DNA from: an uncultured Planctomycetaceae bacterium
Lineage (GTDB): Bacteria > Planctomycetota > Phycisphaerae > SM23-33
Length of the DNA: 64,000 bases
Reading direction: 5' to 3'
NCBI GenBank assembly: GCA_964607575.1
Contig: CAZSLS010000003.1
Span: forward strand, 10,887 to 74,886
Part shown: in pieces, positions 1-9,352 of the stretch
Numbering within the stretch: position 1 is the first letter of the stretch
Layout of the letters: each line of letters begins with the position of its first letter
The notes under the pieces: generated by a model
What the model saw: only the letters and a program-made list of their open reading frames with translations
Databases searched by the model: none
Told to the model about the DNA's origin: nothing
Program-made: the position numbers and the translations under genes

Positions 1-689
1 CAAAGATACTTCGACGGTGTAGTCTTTCTTGTGGACCGTGTAGGTCTTCGTCAACTTGAGGTAGGGGTTGTTTCCGGCCTCGGTCGGGTTCGATCCTCGA
101 TACGCCATGCATCGGAAGTTCACGCTTTGTGTCTCGCCGTCCTTGCTGGTCTGAACTTCTCCCATTCGCCAGCGGTTATGTGTACTCAGCTTGTGCGTTT
201 TCTTTTCGCCATCGACTTTGACGTATATGATCGTCGTCAGCGGGAGGTAGCGATTCCCTTTGGCATTGACGTGATTCAGCATCGTATAATGCCCGTCGCT
301 TGCGCCGGGGGTATTGATGCGTTTCATGTACGCGTCGGGGTCTTCACCGAACGCCTGTTTGTCCGCGACTGTGGTGAAGTAGTCTGACAATTTGAGCGTG
401 CGGATGGCGGCATGTTCATTGACGACTTCGACCTGGAACATGTATCCCGTCCGCGGGTCCAGCGAACCGATAGTGGTTTTTATGTTCCCGTCGTGATGTT
501 TAGGTACGTACCATTTAAGTTTGGGTTCGGCCGCCCTGCTGCTCGGACCGGTTGTCGCCGCCGGGTCGCCGCCCGGTTGGCTCGACGCTTTTGTCGTTTG
601 GGCGGCGCAAAACTCCACCGGTCCGCACAACAAGAGCAGGCAGAGGGCCAATACTGCACCGCTCAACGGGATTGGGCAACTTGCTCGTC
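1..689 (-). CDS. Exported protein, 5' part only (gene runs off the left edge). The N-terminal region tentatively resembles the periplasmic P1 domain of long YidC-type insertases.
   Basis: Absent from the ORF track because it has no stop in the window. The reverse strand from GTG (689-687) reads VNERRASCPIPLSGAVLALCLLLLCGPVEFCAAQ (signal-like) ... TIGSLDPRTGYMFQVEVVNEHAAIRTLKLSDYF and stays open to position 1. A GAGGA motif lies about 8 nt upstream, right after the stop of the preceding gene (711-713). Confidence 0.5.
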
Positions 690-710
690 GCTCGTTCACG
701 GGGATGTTCC

Positions 711-1484
711 TCAGCGTCCTTTCTTAAGCCTGGTGCCCAGGTAGTCGTCGAGTTCGGCAATTGCGTAGACCTTTTCCACCGTTTCGTCGACGTCATACGG
801 TACGCGTACGAACCGCACGGCGCCGGATTCGACGAGGACGTATCCGGCCCTTGGATCGCTGTCTCTGGGCTGCCCGACCGAACCGACATTGATAATGGCT
901 TTGCGTTTGGGGTCGACTTCGAAAGCCCATTCGAGTTCTTCGGGGCTGTAGAAATCCGGCGTATCGAGGAATACTCCGGGCACGTGCGTATGCCCGACGA
1001 AACAGAGCCTTTCGATTCGCTCGAACAGACCGCGAATCTTGTTTGGATTGTTGTAGATATCGTCGGGGAAGATATATTCGTTTACCGGGCGTCTCGGGCT
1101 CCCGTGGACCAGTTCGAGATTGCCCAGATCCAGATCGGAGGCGTCGAACGTTTCCTTCACGGACAGATTGCCCAGGAAATCCCACCTGGCGGCACGTTTG
1201 TCCGGATCGCTGCTGTTTTCCAGAGCCCAGCGGGTCCAGTAGCATGCGGACTCGGCGCCGACATTGAAGTTGCTCGGCTCGTAGGTCACCGCGCAGTCGT
1301 GATTGCCCAGGACCGTCGTGCAGCATCGTTCCATCACCAGATCGATGCACCCGCACGGGTCCGGTCCATATCCCACCACGTCGCCGAGACAGATTACCCG
1401 ATCGACCTTGCGCTCGGAGATGTCGTCCAGAACGGCTGTCAGGGCAGCGGTGTTTGAATGAATGTCACTAATAATCGCGATCAT
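711..1484 (-). CDS. Metallophosphoesterase (calcineurin-like phosphoesterase family)
   Basis: Motifs IISDIHSN, CLGDVVGYGP, LGNHD and FVGHTHVP. I prefer the start at MIAIISDIH (ATG at 1484) over the longest ORF start at 1577. Confidence 0.8.
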   Translation of the reverse strand: MIAIISDIHSNTAALTAVLDDISERKVDRVICLGDVVGYGPDPCGCIDLVMERCCTTVLGNHDCAVTYEPSNFNVGAESACYWTRWALENSSDPDKRAARWDFLGNLSVKETFDASDLDLGNLELVHGSPRRPVNEYIFPDDIYNNPNKIRGLFERIERLCFVGHTHVPGVFLDTPDFYSPEELEWAFEVDPKRKAIINVGSVGQPRDSDPRAGYVLVESGAVRFVRVPYDVDETVEKVYAIAELDDYLGTRLKKGR

Positions 1485-1640
1485 AAGGCACAGAATCTCA
1501 CATATCTCGTGAAGCTCCAGTCCACCCGGCGGGGCTGCAAACCGTAATATGCTACGCGCCGGAGCCCGGGTTGTCAAACCCCATTGCCAACCTTGTTTGA
1601 CATTCCCGAGGCATTTTTGGTCTGCTTATCCCCCTGGTGG

Positions 1641-1669
1641 TTCCAAGTGAGGCGGCGAGGGGCTAGAAT
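1641..1669 (+). promoter_or_regulatory. Candidate sigma70-type promoter for tsaB, possibly giving a leaderless mRNA
   Basis: TTCCAA (1641-1646), 17-nt spacer, TAGAAT (1664-1669). The ATG at 1676 is only 6 nt after the -10 box and has no Shine-Dalgarno motif. Confidence 0.3.
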
Positions 1670-1675
1670 GGCGGT

Positions 1676-2383
1676 ATGATAGAACCACCGGTATCTTTAG
1701 CCATCGAGACTTCATGCCGCACCGGCGGCGTTGCTCTGGGGCGGGGCGACGAACTCATCGGCGCGATCGACTTTGACGCGTCTAGTCGCCACGCGGTGCA
1801 ACTGGTCCCGCGGCTCGCCGAGCTGCTCGAAAGCGTTTCGCTGCGTCCGGCGGACGTTGACGAACTGTACGTTTCATCAGGGCCCGGGAGCTTTACCGGT
1901 CTGCGAGTAGGCCTGACCGTTGCGCGCACGATGGGGCAGATGTTGAGTTCTCTGCGATGTCTTGCCGTCCCGACCCCCCACGCGGTCGCCCTGCGGGCCG
2001 CTGAGCTGCCGTGGGACAACCTTGCAGTCGTGCTCGACGCCCGAGACGCCTGCGTATACGTAAGTACGTTCGCCCGATGCGAGGGGCAGGTCGTTCCGCA
2101 AGGGCGCCCCCGCCTGCTCGAGGTCGCCGAGTTCCTCGCCGATGTTCAGCGTCCGATCACACTGACCGGAGAGGGATTGGCGTATCACGATCTCGCGGGC
2201 GAGGGAATATCGATAGTCCCCCAAGAGCTTCACTTTCCCACCGCGGGGGCAGTCTGGCGCGCGGGGCGGCAGATGGCCCGAGACGGAGATGGAAAATACA
2301 CCGATTACAGCAAGCTGACTCCGATCTACGCCAGAGACCCGGAAGTCTTACGCCTTGAAGATCAATCCAGTCCCCGGTCCTGA
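1676..2383 (+). CDS. tsaB: tRNA threonylcarbamoyladenosine (t6A) biosynthesis protein TsaB
   Basis: SLAIETSCRTGGVAL and SSGPGSFTGLRVGLTVAR, typical of TsaB/YeaZ; 235 aa. Confidence 0.8.
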   Translation: MIEPPVSLAIETSCRTGGVALGRGDELIGAIDFDASSRHAVQLVPRLAELLESVSLRPADVDELYVSSGPGSFTGLRVGLTVARTMGQMLSSLRCLAVPTPHAVALRAAELPWDNLAVVLDARDACVYVSTFARCEGQVVPQGRPRLLEVAEFLADVQRPITLTGEGLAYHDLAGEGISIVPQELHFPTAGAVWRAGRQMARDGDGKYTDYSKLTPIYARDPEVLRLEDQSSPRS

Positions 2384-2403
2384 GGCCTATAGTCGATAGC
2401 GGA

Positions 2404-2432
2404 TGGCAAGTTCGGGTTCTTGTCCGTATAAT
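2404..2432 (+). promoter_or_regulatory. Candidate sigma70-type promoter for the ACT-domain gene
   Basis: TGGCAA (2404-2409), 17-nt spacer, TATAAT (2427-2432). A GAAAGGA ribosome-binding motif lies before the ATG at 2471. Confidence 0.4.
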
Positions 2433-2470
2433 ATAAGTATCAGGCGTACACGTTCAGAAAGGACGCTCAT

Positions 2471-2932
2471 ATGCTGCACATAGAAACACAGTTCTCGGTT
2501 TTCCTGGTTAACAAGCCTGGCGTTCTGGCCGTTGTTGCAGGTGCTCTGGCCAAGGCGAAGGTCAACGTGTCGGCATTGACGCTCATGGACTCAGTCGAGC
2601 ACGGTGTTTTGCGGCTTGTCACCGACAATGCGTCCGGCGCCCGCAAAGTACTCGGTAAGAGTCACGATGAATGGGCCGAATCCGACGTGCTGGTTATGGA
2701 ACTGGACAATAGCCCCGGCGCGTTTGCCCGCGTGGCGACTATTTTGGCCGATGCGCATATCAATATATCTTATGCGTACTGTACCGGCGGGGCCGCCGGC
2801 GGGAAAACCACCGCCGTGTTCAAAGTTGCGGACATGAAGAAGGCCAAGAAACTGCTGACGCCCCAAGCCAAGAAGAAGAAAAAGGGCGGCGCATCCGTCC
2901 GGAAATCTCCCGCCCGCCGGACCAGGAAGTAA
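2471..2932 (+). CDS. ACT domain-containing protein with a Lys-rich C-terminal tail
   Basis: Two ACT-like units (FSVFLVNKPGVLAVVAGALAKAKVNVSAL; LVMELDNSPGAFARVATILADAHINISYAY) and a KKKKKGG tail. Confidence 0.7.
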   Translation: MLHIETQFSVFLVNKPGVLAVVAGALAKAKVNVSALTLMDSVEHGVLRLVTDNASGARKVLGKSHDEWAESDVLVMELDNSPGAFARVATILADAHINISYAYCTGGAAGGKTTAVFKVADMKKAKKLLTPQAKKKKKGGASVRKSPARRTRK

Positions 2933-2963
2933 CGCCCCCGGCGCCCCCGGCGGTCGGCTGCGA

Positions 2964-3857
2964 TCAATCTTCTTCGCGTTTGACGATCAGAGGCACTTTG
3001 GGTTGGGGGGCTCCGACGCACTTGTAACCCACCGCGTCCTGAAGACGCCGGTGCGCCGAGAGACGCACGTGGGGCAGGAGGGCGGTTGTGAGCTTTGCCC
3101 CGTTTACCCCGTATTTCTGCTGGTGGTCCTCTATCAATCGCTCGCGGAATTGCCACAGCACCGGCGGCAGGAGAATCTGCCTCGCCGCCACGTCAATCAC
3201 GAAACGCTTGTCGTCATCTATAAACTCATTGAAACGCTCGTCGATAAGCTTCGCCGCATCGTTGGTATCGAACGGTTTTGTGGGTATCGACGCTCGCGCC
3301 GGCGACACGCCCGGCGCGCCGACTACCGCCTTGAATCCGAATTTGTCGACGATCAGAGAATCCATCAGCGCCAGCGTCATTGACCTTCCGTCTATCGGAA
3401 AAGACCTGTTAGCGAATTCCGCGATCGGTACTCCGTCGTCAGTGATTTGCCATCTGTCGTCTTCGCTTGCTTTTTCCTTGTCGGCTTCGAGGCGCTCGCG
3501 GCTGAAGGTCAGCATGAGTCTAAGAGACCACGCCGCCCGCGCGTTGTACCAGTAGTTGAGTTTCGAATGCTCGCCGTCGAACAGGTCCGCCCTGGTCTTG
3601 GGGCCGGCCACCGCCATCAGCATTAACTGGCCTTCAAGCATCCTGGCGTTGGCTTTGAGTTTCTCAGGCAGCAGTTTACCGCCCGGGGCGACACCGGCTT
3701 TAAGAACCGCCGCCAAGCCGCTATAATCTACTTTCCCGGCTAGATCGGTCGTGTCGAGTGTGATTGGCTGAAATTCGCTGGTCGGTCTTTTCAAGCGGCA
3801 TCCGGCGAGCGATATTGCGGCTGCAAGAAATGCTACTTTCAAGCGTGTCGTGATCAT
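2964..3857 (-). CDS. Lipoprotein, DUF547-like (tentative)
   Basis: Signal peptide plus lipobox (AISLAGC). KLNYWYNARAAWSLRL and FPIDGRSMTLALMDSLIV resemble DUF547 core motifs. Family assigned by eye only. Confidence 0.5.
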   Translation of the reverse strand: MITTRLKVAFLAAAISLAGCRLKRPTSEFQPITLDTTDLAGKVDYSGLAAVLKAGVAPGGKLLPEKLKANARMLEGQLMLMAVAGPKTRADLFDGEHSKLNYWYNARAAWSLRLMLTFSRERLEADKEKASEDDRWQITDDGVPIAEFANRSFPIDGRSMTLALMDSLIVDKFGFKAVVGAPGVSPARASIPTKPFDTNDAAKLIDERFNEFIDDDKRFVIDVAARQILLPPVLWQFRERLIEDHQQKYGVNGAKLTTALLPHVRLSAHRRLQDAVGYKCVGAPQPKVPLIVKREED

Positions 3858-3910
3858 GGTACTGATTGTAGGGCTTTGATCCGAGGCGACAAGCGTCTTG
3901 TGGATGTTTC

Positions 3911-5707
3911 ATGAGCGACGAGAAGAAGAGAAACTGGTTCGTACGGATTGTGCGGGTGGTGGTCTGCCTGTGCCTGCTGGGTGTGATCGGGGTCTGGGTC
4001 GTCAAGATATGGATCCTGCCTTCCCTCGTTCGCCGCGAGGCGAGTTCTTATCTCGACGACGTGTGGGTCGGGACGATCGAGATCGAGGACGTGGACGTCA
4101 ACATATTCGGACCATCTCACGTTCGGGGCGTTACGGTTTGCGATAATCTCAACAGGACATGGGTGAGCGTCCCGGAGGTCCGCATCGACGTGGCGTGGGA
4201 CGGATTTGTCCCGCGACTCCGGGCCGTCAGGATCGGCGTCGTTAACCTATCGCCGCAATTCGTCGACGGTCAGTGTACCGTTCCGCTCAAGCTGGGCGAG
4301 TCCTCGGATGATCCGGACGACATCGTGAGGATCATCAATGACCTCAAGGAAATCGAAATAACCGTCGGTATTGTTACGCTGTGCACGGTCAGCGATGTTT
4401 CCACCGAGGATCGGACGATGGATGGAGTTGTCCTTCCCCCCGCATTTGCCCAGGCGATCTCGCAGGCGAACATCATCTTCCCGGACATCGGGTGGAAAGG
4501 TGGAAAGTTGAGCATCGACAGGGCACTCGGCGAGATCGGCGACGATCCCGTTTCGGTGCAGTTTAGCGGGGGCCTCCAGGACGATCGGTCGATAGAGTTC
4601 CGCGGTGAGGGTCTCCTGCTGGCGCCGGAAGAGGTCGTCAGCGGGGCGTTCGAGGTCCGCCTCAAGCCTGGAGGTATGGGGCATTTTCAGGTGAGTCTGG
4701 TCGGGCAGGTCCACGCCGGTCTCCGCGGCGAAATCCAGGGTTATCGTGTCACCAAGGTGACACTGGACGTTCTGGCTTCAAATATTCAACCGGACAAGTT
4801 CGAATGGTTGATCGGTCCTGACGAGACGGTATGGCTTGCCCTGGAAAGTTCAAAGGTTGTAGCCCGCATCGAGGCAACCTGCACGCCTAACGGGGCTTTC
4901 GACGCTGCGGGCCGGATCGATCTGTCCGGACCGATCGGCGAGACCCACGCGATAGTCAAAGGGCAATACGCTCCCGATGGCGCCGCCCAAGGTAGCGCAA
5001 AGATTACAGGCACGCTATGCGGCGGGAATCTGCAGGCCGATGTTAAAGCAGTGCTTCACCCTGATCTCCCCGTGCAACTGACGATCGAAGCATCCGCCGA
5101 GAAGGTCAGCATGGCGGATCTTACGCGGATACTTGCCGCCGACAAGGTCATGACAGAGGGGATCGGCGGGGGTGTGATCCGCATGACAATGTCCGGGTCG
5201 GACCTCGCGAGCATGAGCGGTAGGGGCGCCTTCTTCCTGGACGATGCGGACCTCTGGCAGGTACCGCTTTTCTCGGCGCTGTTCAAGCACATGAACCTGA
5301 AGCTCGACAAGGCCGATATCGAGAGCAGTTTCGACCTTGAAGGAACCACCGCCACGATTATAACCGGTCAACTCGCTACGATGCTGTGGGCCGCAGAATT
5401 CGAAAAGGGCGGGACCGTTGACATCGACAGCGGGAAGATCGACATGTACGTGTTGTTCCTCCCCGTGAAACAGGCTGGATTACTGCTGAATCTCGTCAAG
5501 GCGATTAATCCTCTGCGGCTGGTCGCCAAGGAGGTGTTCCGCCTGCACGTGACCGGTACGAAGGCCGATCCCACGATTACCCCCGTACCGTTCAGCGATC
5601 TGACCAAACTTCCGCTCGGGGCGCTGGGCCTGCTGAAGAGCGTAACGACCAGCGGAGGGCAGCTCGGCGGCGACATATTCAAAGCCGTTCTCGGCGGCGG
5701 CGGGTAA
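3911..5707 (+). CDS. Membrane-anchored envelope protein, AsmA/TamB-like (tentative)
   Basis: Single N-terminal anchor (WFVRIVRVVVCLCLLGVIGVWVV) followed by a long beta-rich extracytoplasmic region. No catalytic motifs seen. Confidence 0.45.
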   Translation: MSDEKKRNWFVRIVRVVVCLCLLGVIGVWVVKIWILPSLVRREASSYLDDVWVGTIEIEDVDVNIFGPSHVRGVTVCDNLNRTWVSVPEVRIDVAWDGFVPRLRAVRIGVVNLSPQFVDGQCTVPLKLGESSDDPDDIVRIINDLKEIEITVGIVTLCTVSDVSTEDRTMDGVVLPPAFAQAISQANIIFPDIGWKGGKLSIDRALGEIGDDPVSVQFSGGLQDDRSIEFRGEGLLLAPEEVVSGAFEVRLKPGGMGHFQVSLVGQVHAGLRGEIQGYRVTKVTLDVLASNIQPDKFEWLIGPDETVWLALESSKVVARIEATCTPNGAFDAAGRIDLSGPIGETHAIVKGQYAPDGAAQGSAKITGTLCGGNLQADVKAVLHPDLPVQLTIEASAEKVSMADLTRILAADKVMTEGIGGGVIRMTMSGSDLASMSGRGAFFLDDADLWQVPLFSALFKHMNLKLDKADIESSFDLEGTTATIITGQLATMLWAAEFEKGGTVDIDSGKIDMYVLFLPVKQAGLLLNLVKAINPLRLVAKEVFRLHVTGTKADPTITPVPFSDLTKLPLGALGLLKSVTTSGGQLGGDIFKAVLGGGG

Positions 5708-5795
5708 CGCCCCCGACCACCCGGACTTGAAGCCGCCTGCCCATATGGCGATAATAATGGTCTGCATGCCCGACTTACCCAAACAGGAGAGTTTC

Positions 5796-8700
5796 ATGCG
5801 AATATCGTTTTTGCGGATGCTGCCGGGGGCGGTGTTGTTGGTTCAATCGATCGGTGTGTCTCTGGGCGCCGATGCGAAACCCGCCGACTACCAGAAGGCT
5901 GTTCGTAGCACCAAGTCGCTGATCAGCTACTACACCTTCGACGCCGGAGACGCCGCCGACAGCGTGGCGAAGAATCACGGTAAGGTTGTGGGCAAGGGCG
6001 TGAAGTTCGACGCGGGCGTGGCGGGCAAGGCGATCAATTTCACCGCCAAGACCGCGCTGGTCGAGTTCGGGTACGTTCCGGAGTTTGCGTTTAAGGACGG
6101 GTCGGGCACGATCGAGGTGCTGCTGAATCACAGCGGAGCCAAAGGCGGGAGCAACTACGTTTTCGCACAGCGGAGCGGGTGGGCGAAAAACTCGATGCGC
6201 TACGGCTTCTGCCTGACGCAGATGAAACAGATGGATATCGTCTCACGCGGTTCGAATCCGAACTTCGCCAGGGTGCCCCTGATTGTGGCGCAAAGGCAGT
6301 GGCATCATCTGGCGGTGGTTTACGACGGCGGCAAGCTCGCCAGGGCGTATCTGGATGGAAACAGGCTGTCGATCAGAGGGAAGGCGCAGCTCGTGGCAGC
6401 CGCTGACAAGCACACGTTTCACCTCGGCGCACCTAACGCCAAACCGGACTGGGAATGCTGGTCGGGCAAGTTCGACGAACTGGCGATATACGGCGACGCG
6501 ATCGACGAGAAAACGATCGTTCAGCACGCCAAACTGGCCGGCTGCGTGAGGAAACTGCCCACCGACCCGGCCGCTGCGCAGGCGTTCAAGTCAACGGTTA
6601 ACTTCGACGATTACCCGCTGCTTACCGCCCAGCCGATCGTGTTTGTTACGCGCCGCCAGTATTCCAGCCACTACCACGCAATCGACACTCTGTTCCACAC
6701 CGGCGAGTTGAACTGGGATCGCAAGCGGATGCACGCAGACGGCTTTTCACCCGGCGGGGCGCTGAAGACGATCGACTTCAAGACCGGAAAGGTCACCACA
6801 CTGCTGGAAACTCGCGAGGGGCTCATTCGCGATCCGGACGTGCATTTCGACGCAAAGCGAATCGTTTTCGCCATGCGTCGCAACAAGGCCGAAGACTATC
6901 ACATCTGGGAGATCGGCGTCGACGGAAAGGGCCTCAAGCAGCTTACCTCGCTTAAGGGCGTAAGCGATTTCGACCCGATATACCTCGGCGACGATTCGAT
7001 CGTGTTCGCCTCGACCCGCGACCCGAAATACAACATGTGCTCGCGCGACCATGCAGCCAATCTTCACCGCATGAACGCAGACGGTTCAAACATTCTCCGC
7101 ATTACGCGCAATACGCTGTTCGACAATCACCCGGCTTTGCTGCCCGACGGGCGGATACTCTACGCGCGATGGGAATACGTCGATCGCAACTTCGGCGACG
7201 CTCACAGCGTGTGGGTGGTAAATCCCGACGGTACTAATCAGGCGATCTACTGGGGCAACAACACCGCCTCGCCGGGCGCGGTTTTCAACCAGCACATCAT
7301 CCCGGGTACAAAGCAGATGCTCTGCATCCTCGGACCGCACCACGACAAGCTTCGCGGCGCGATGGCGATTATCGACCGCCGCCTCGGAATGGACGGGAAG
7401 AAGCCGGTCGTCCGCACCTGGCCCGCGGGCGCCATCAATATAATACGCGCAGGCGGGCGGTTCGATTGCGATTCGTTCGCCCGTTTCCGCACCAAGTACG
7501 AAGATCCCTGGGCGCTCGGCGATAAGCAGTTCCTCTGCTCGCGAACGTTCGGTAAGGGCGATCAGACGGGGCTGTTCCTGATCGATTTGAAGGGTAATGA
7601 ACTCATGCTGCACACAGAAGGCGGCGGTTGCTACGATCCGATGCCGATCAAGCGGCGCCTGCGCCCGCCGGTCAAGCCCGATCATCGCAATTTCAAGGGC
7701 TTGCCCGGGCTCGTCCACCTCCAGAACGTCTACCGCGGAACGCACATGGAAGGCGTCAAGCCCGGGTCGATCAAGTATCTGCGCATAATAGAATCGCCGC
7801 CGAAGAAGACCTGGTCGGGCGGTTCGTGGAACGGGCAGGGATACCAGGCGCCGGGGATGAACTGGCACGATTTCACCGCAAAGAAGATACTCGGTGACGT
7901 TCCGATCGAGAAAGACGGGTCTGCGTACTTCGAAGTGCCCTCCGACACGTTCATCTTCTTCCAGGCCCTCGATGCAAACAAGATGATGGTCCAGTCGATG
8001 CGGTCGGGCACGGTCGTCCAGTCCGGCGAGACCCAAAGCTGCATCGGCTGTCATGAAGACCGCCTCAAGACCGACCCGGCGGCCGCCGCGGGCGCCACCG
8101 TCGCCGGTAAGCGCAAGCCCAGCAAGCTCACCGGTTGGTACGGTCCGGCAAGACATTTCAGCTACATGCGCGAGGTTCAGCCCGTGTTCGACAAGCACTG
8201 CCTCAAGTGTCACGATTTCGGCAAGAAGGCATCCAAGAAGCTCGTCCTCGCCGGCGACCGCAACCCGTACTTCAACGCATCGTACATCGACCTGTGGATC
8301 TGGCGGCGGAGGCTGGTGAAGCTCGTCGGCGGCGGACCGGCCGAAGTGCAGCAGGCGTTTTCCTGGGGGTCGCATCCCTCGAAGCTCTCACAGGTCCTCC
8401 GCAACAAGCCCAAGCAGCACAAGGACCTCAAGCTCAGCGCCGAAGACATGGATCGCATCAACACCTGGCTCGACCTCAACGGGCCGTACTACCCCGACTA
8501 CACGTGCGCCTACCCCAACAGCCAGTCCGGTCGCTCGCCGATACCCGCCGGCGAGTTGCACAAGCTCTGCCGCCTGACCGCCCTGAACTATGGTGCGCTG
8601 AGATCCAACGGCCGCGGCGAGCGGGCCCAGATATCGTTCGAACGCCCCGAACTGAGCCCATGCCTGGCTCGCATAAAGGGCGGCAAGACCGCGCCTGCGT

Positions 8701-8915
8701 ACAAACAGGCCCTGGCGATAATCAAGGCGAGCGCGGCGGCACTGAAGAAGGTACCCCGCTGCGACATGGAAGGTTTCATCCCGTGCGAGGCCGACCGCAA
8801 GCGCCTCAAAAAGTTCGATTATCTCGACGGGATCGAGAAGAAATACCGCAAGGCGATCCGAACGGGCAAGAAACTATACGACCGAGACGTAGCAACCGCC
8901 CCCGCGGTCCCCTAG
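5796..8915 (+). CDS. Secreted LamG-like / PD40-type beta-propeller / di-CXXCH (c-type heme motif) protein; domain order resembles hydrazine synthase alpha subunit-like proteins
   Basis: AGGAGA 5 nt before the ATG at 5796, then signal peptide MRISFLRMLPGAVLLVQSIGVSLGADA. LamG-like WHHLAVVYDGGKLARAYLDGN...FDELAIYGDAI. Propeller motifs DPDVHFDAKRIVFA and YARWEYVDRN. CIGCH lies at 8040-8054 and CLKCH at 8199-8213, the latter in a PSCyt1-like context (VQPVFDKHCLKCHD). Confidence 0.7.
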   Translation: MRISFLRMLPGAVLLVQSIGVSLGADAKPADYQKAVRSTKSLISYYTFDAGDAADSVAKNHGKVVGKGVKFDAGVAGKAINFTAKTALVEFGYVPEFAFKDGSGTIEVLLNHSGAKGGSNYVFAQRSGWAKNSMRYGFCLTQMKQMDIVSRGSNPNFARVPLIVAQRQWHHLAVVYDGGKLARAYLDGNRLSIRGKAQLVAAADKHTFHLGAPNAKPDWECWSGKFDELAIYGDAIDEKTIVQHAKLAGCVRKLPTDPAAAQAFKSTVNFDDYPLLTAQPIVFVTRRQYSSHYHAIDTLFHTGELNWDRKRMHADGFSPGGALKTIDFKTGKVTTLLETREGLIRDPDVHFDAKRIVFAMRRNKAEDYHIWEIGVDGKGLKQLTSLKGVSDFDPIYLGDDSIVFASTRDPKYNMCSRDHAANLHRMNADGSNILRITRNTLFDNHPALLPDGRILYARWEYVDRNFGDAHSVWVVNPDGTNQAIYWGNNTASPGAVFNQHIIPGTKQMLCILGPHHDKLRGAMAIIDRRLGMDGKKPVVRTWPAGAINIIRAGGRFDCDSFARFRTKYEDPWALGDKQFLCSRTFGKGDQTGLFLIDLKGNELMLHTEGGGCYDPMPIKRRLRPPVKPDHRNFKGLPGLVHLQNVYRGTHMEGVKPGSIKYLRIIESPPKKTWSGGSWNGQGYQAPGMNWHDFTAKKILGDVPIEKDGSAYFEVPSDTFIFFQALDANKMMVQSMRSGTVVQSGETQSCIGCHEDRLKTDPAAAAGATVAGKRKPSKLTGWYGPARHFSYMREVQPVFDKHCLKCHDFGKKASKKLVLAGDRNPYFNASYIDLWIWRRRLVKLVGGGPAEVQQAFSWGSHPSKLSQVLRNKPKQHKDLKLSAEDMDRINTWLDLNGPYYPDYTCAYPNSQSGRSPIPAGELHKLCRLTALNYGALRSNGRGERAQISFERPELSPCLARIKGGKTAPAYKQALAIIKASAAALKKVPRCDMEGFIPCEADRKRLKKFDYLDGIEKKYRKAIRTGKKLYDRDVATAPAVP

Positions 8916-8930
8916 AACACGGTCGAACAT

Positions 8931-9119
8931 CTAGTGTTTCCGCGACGCCTGTACGAGCCAGCGGCGGCTGGGCAGTTCGGCCCAGGAGGAAACGCATCTG
9001 CGCTTGCGGGATTCGGTTTTCGGGGCCGAATCGGCGGGCGCCTCAGATGCGTCCGTTGGCGTCTGGTCCCATGTCCAGGACGGAGGCGACAAAGGGAATG
9101 TCGCGTCATTGTGACTCAT
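8931..9119 (-). CDS. Possible small protein (62 aa), unknown function
   Basis: AAGGAG (complement of 9127-9132) sits 7 nt upstream of the ATG at 9119. It is convergent with the preceding gene. No recognisable motif; composition is unremarkable. Confidence 0.2.
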   Translation of the reverse strand: MSHNDATFPLSPPSWTWDQTPTDASEAPADSAPKTESRKRRCVSSWAELPSRRWLVQASRKH

Positions 9120-9263
9120 CACCTTACTCCTTTGTTTCCGGAGAGCTTCTCTATAATGAATAACTCTATTTCAGGAATCATATTGCAGCGGTCGGAGCTA
9201 CTTTCGGGCAAAAACTCAGGGGTGTCTGTAATATATGTACGCACGAAAGGAGCATCGGTAACA

Positions 9264-9279
9264 CGAAAAATCTTTTTCG
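9264..9279. promoter_or_regulatory. 16-nt palindrome upstream of the sugar ABC operon, candidate operator
   Basis: CGAAAAA-TC-TTTTTCG: perfect 7-nt arms with a 2-nt spacer, inside the AT-rich 9.1-9.35 kb intergenic region. Confidence 0.2.
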
Positions 9280-9304
9280 ATTTTTACCGCGCCGAACAGT
9301 TTTG

Positions 9305-9332
9305 TTGACACGGGCGCCGGCAGGGCGATATT
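9305..9332 (+). promoter_or_regulatory. Candidate promoter of the sugar ABC operon
   Basis: Consensus TTGACA (9305-9310), 16-nt spacer, GATATT (9327-9332), about 20 nt before the ATG at 9353. Confidence 0.35.
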
Positions 9333-9352
9333 TACACTTGCGAGCACAAACC

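Noticed and set aside
7086-8375. 429-aa minus-strand ORF, plus several 60-340-aa ORFs in the 6-9.2 kb range
   Set aside because: They are antisense or out of frame to the LamG/propeller/heme gene, which has clear domain motifs. They show no ribosome-binding sites or motifs.
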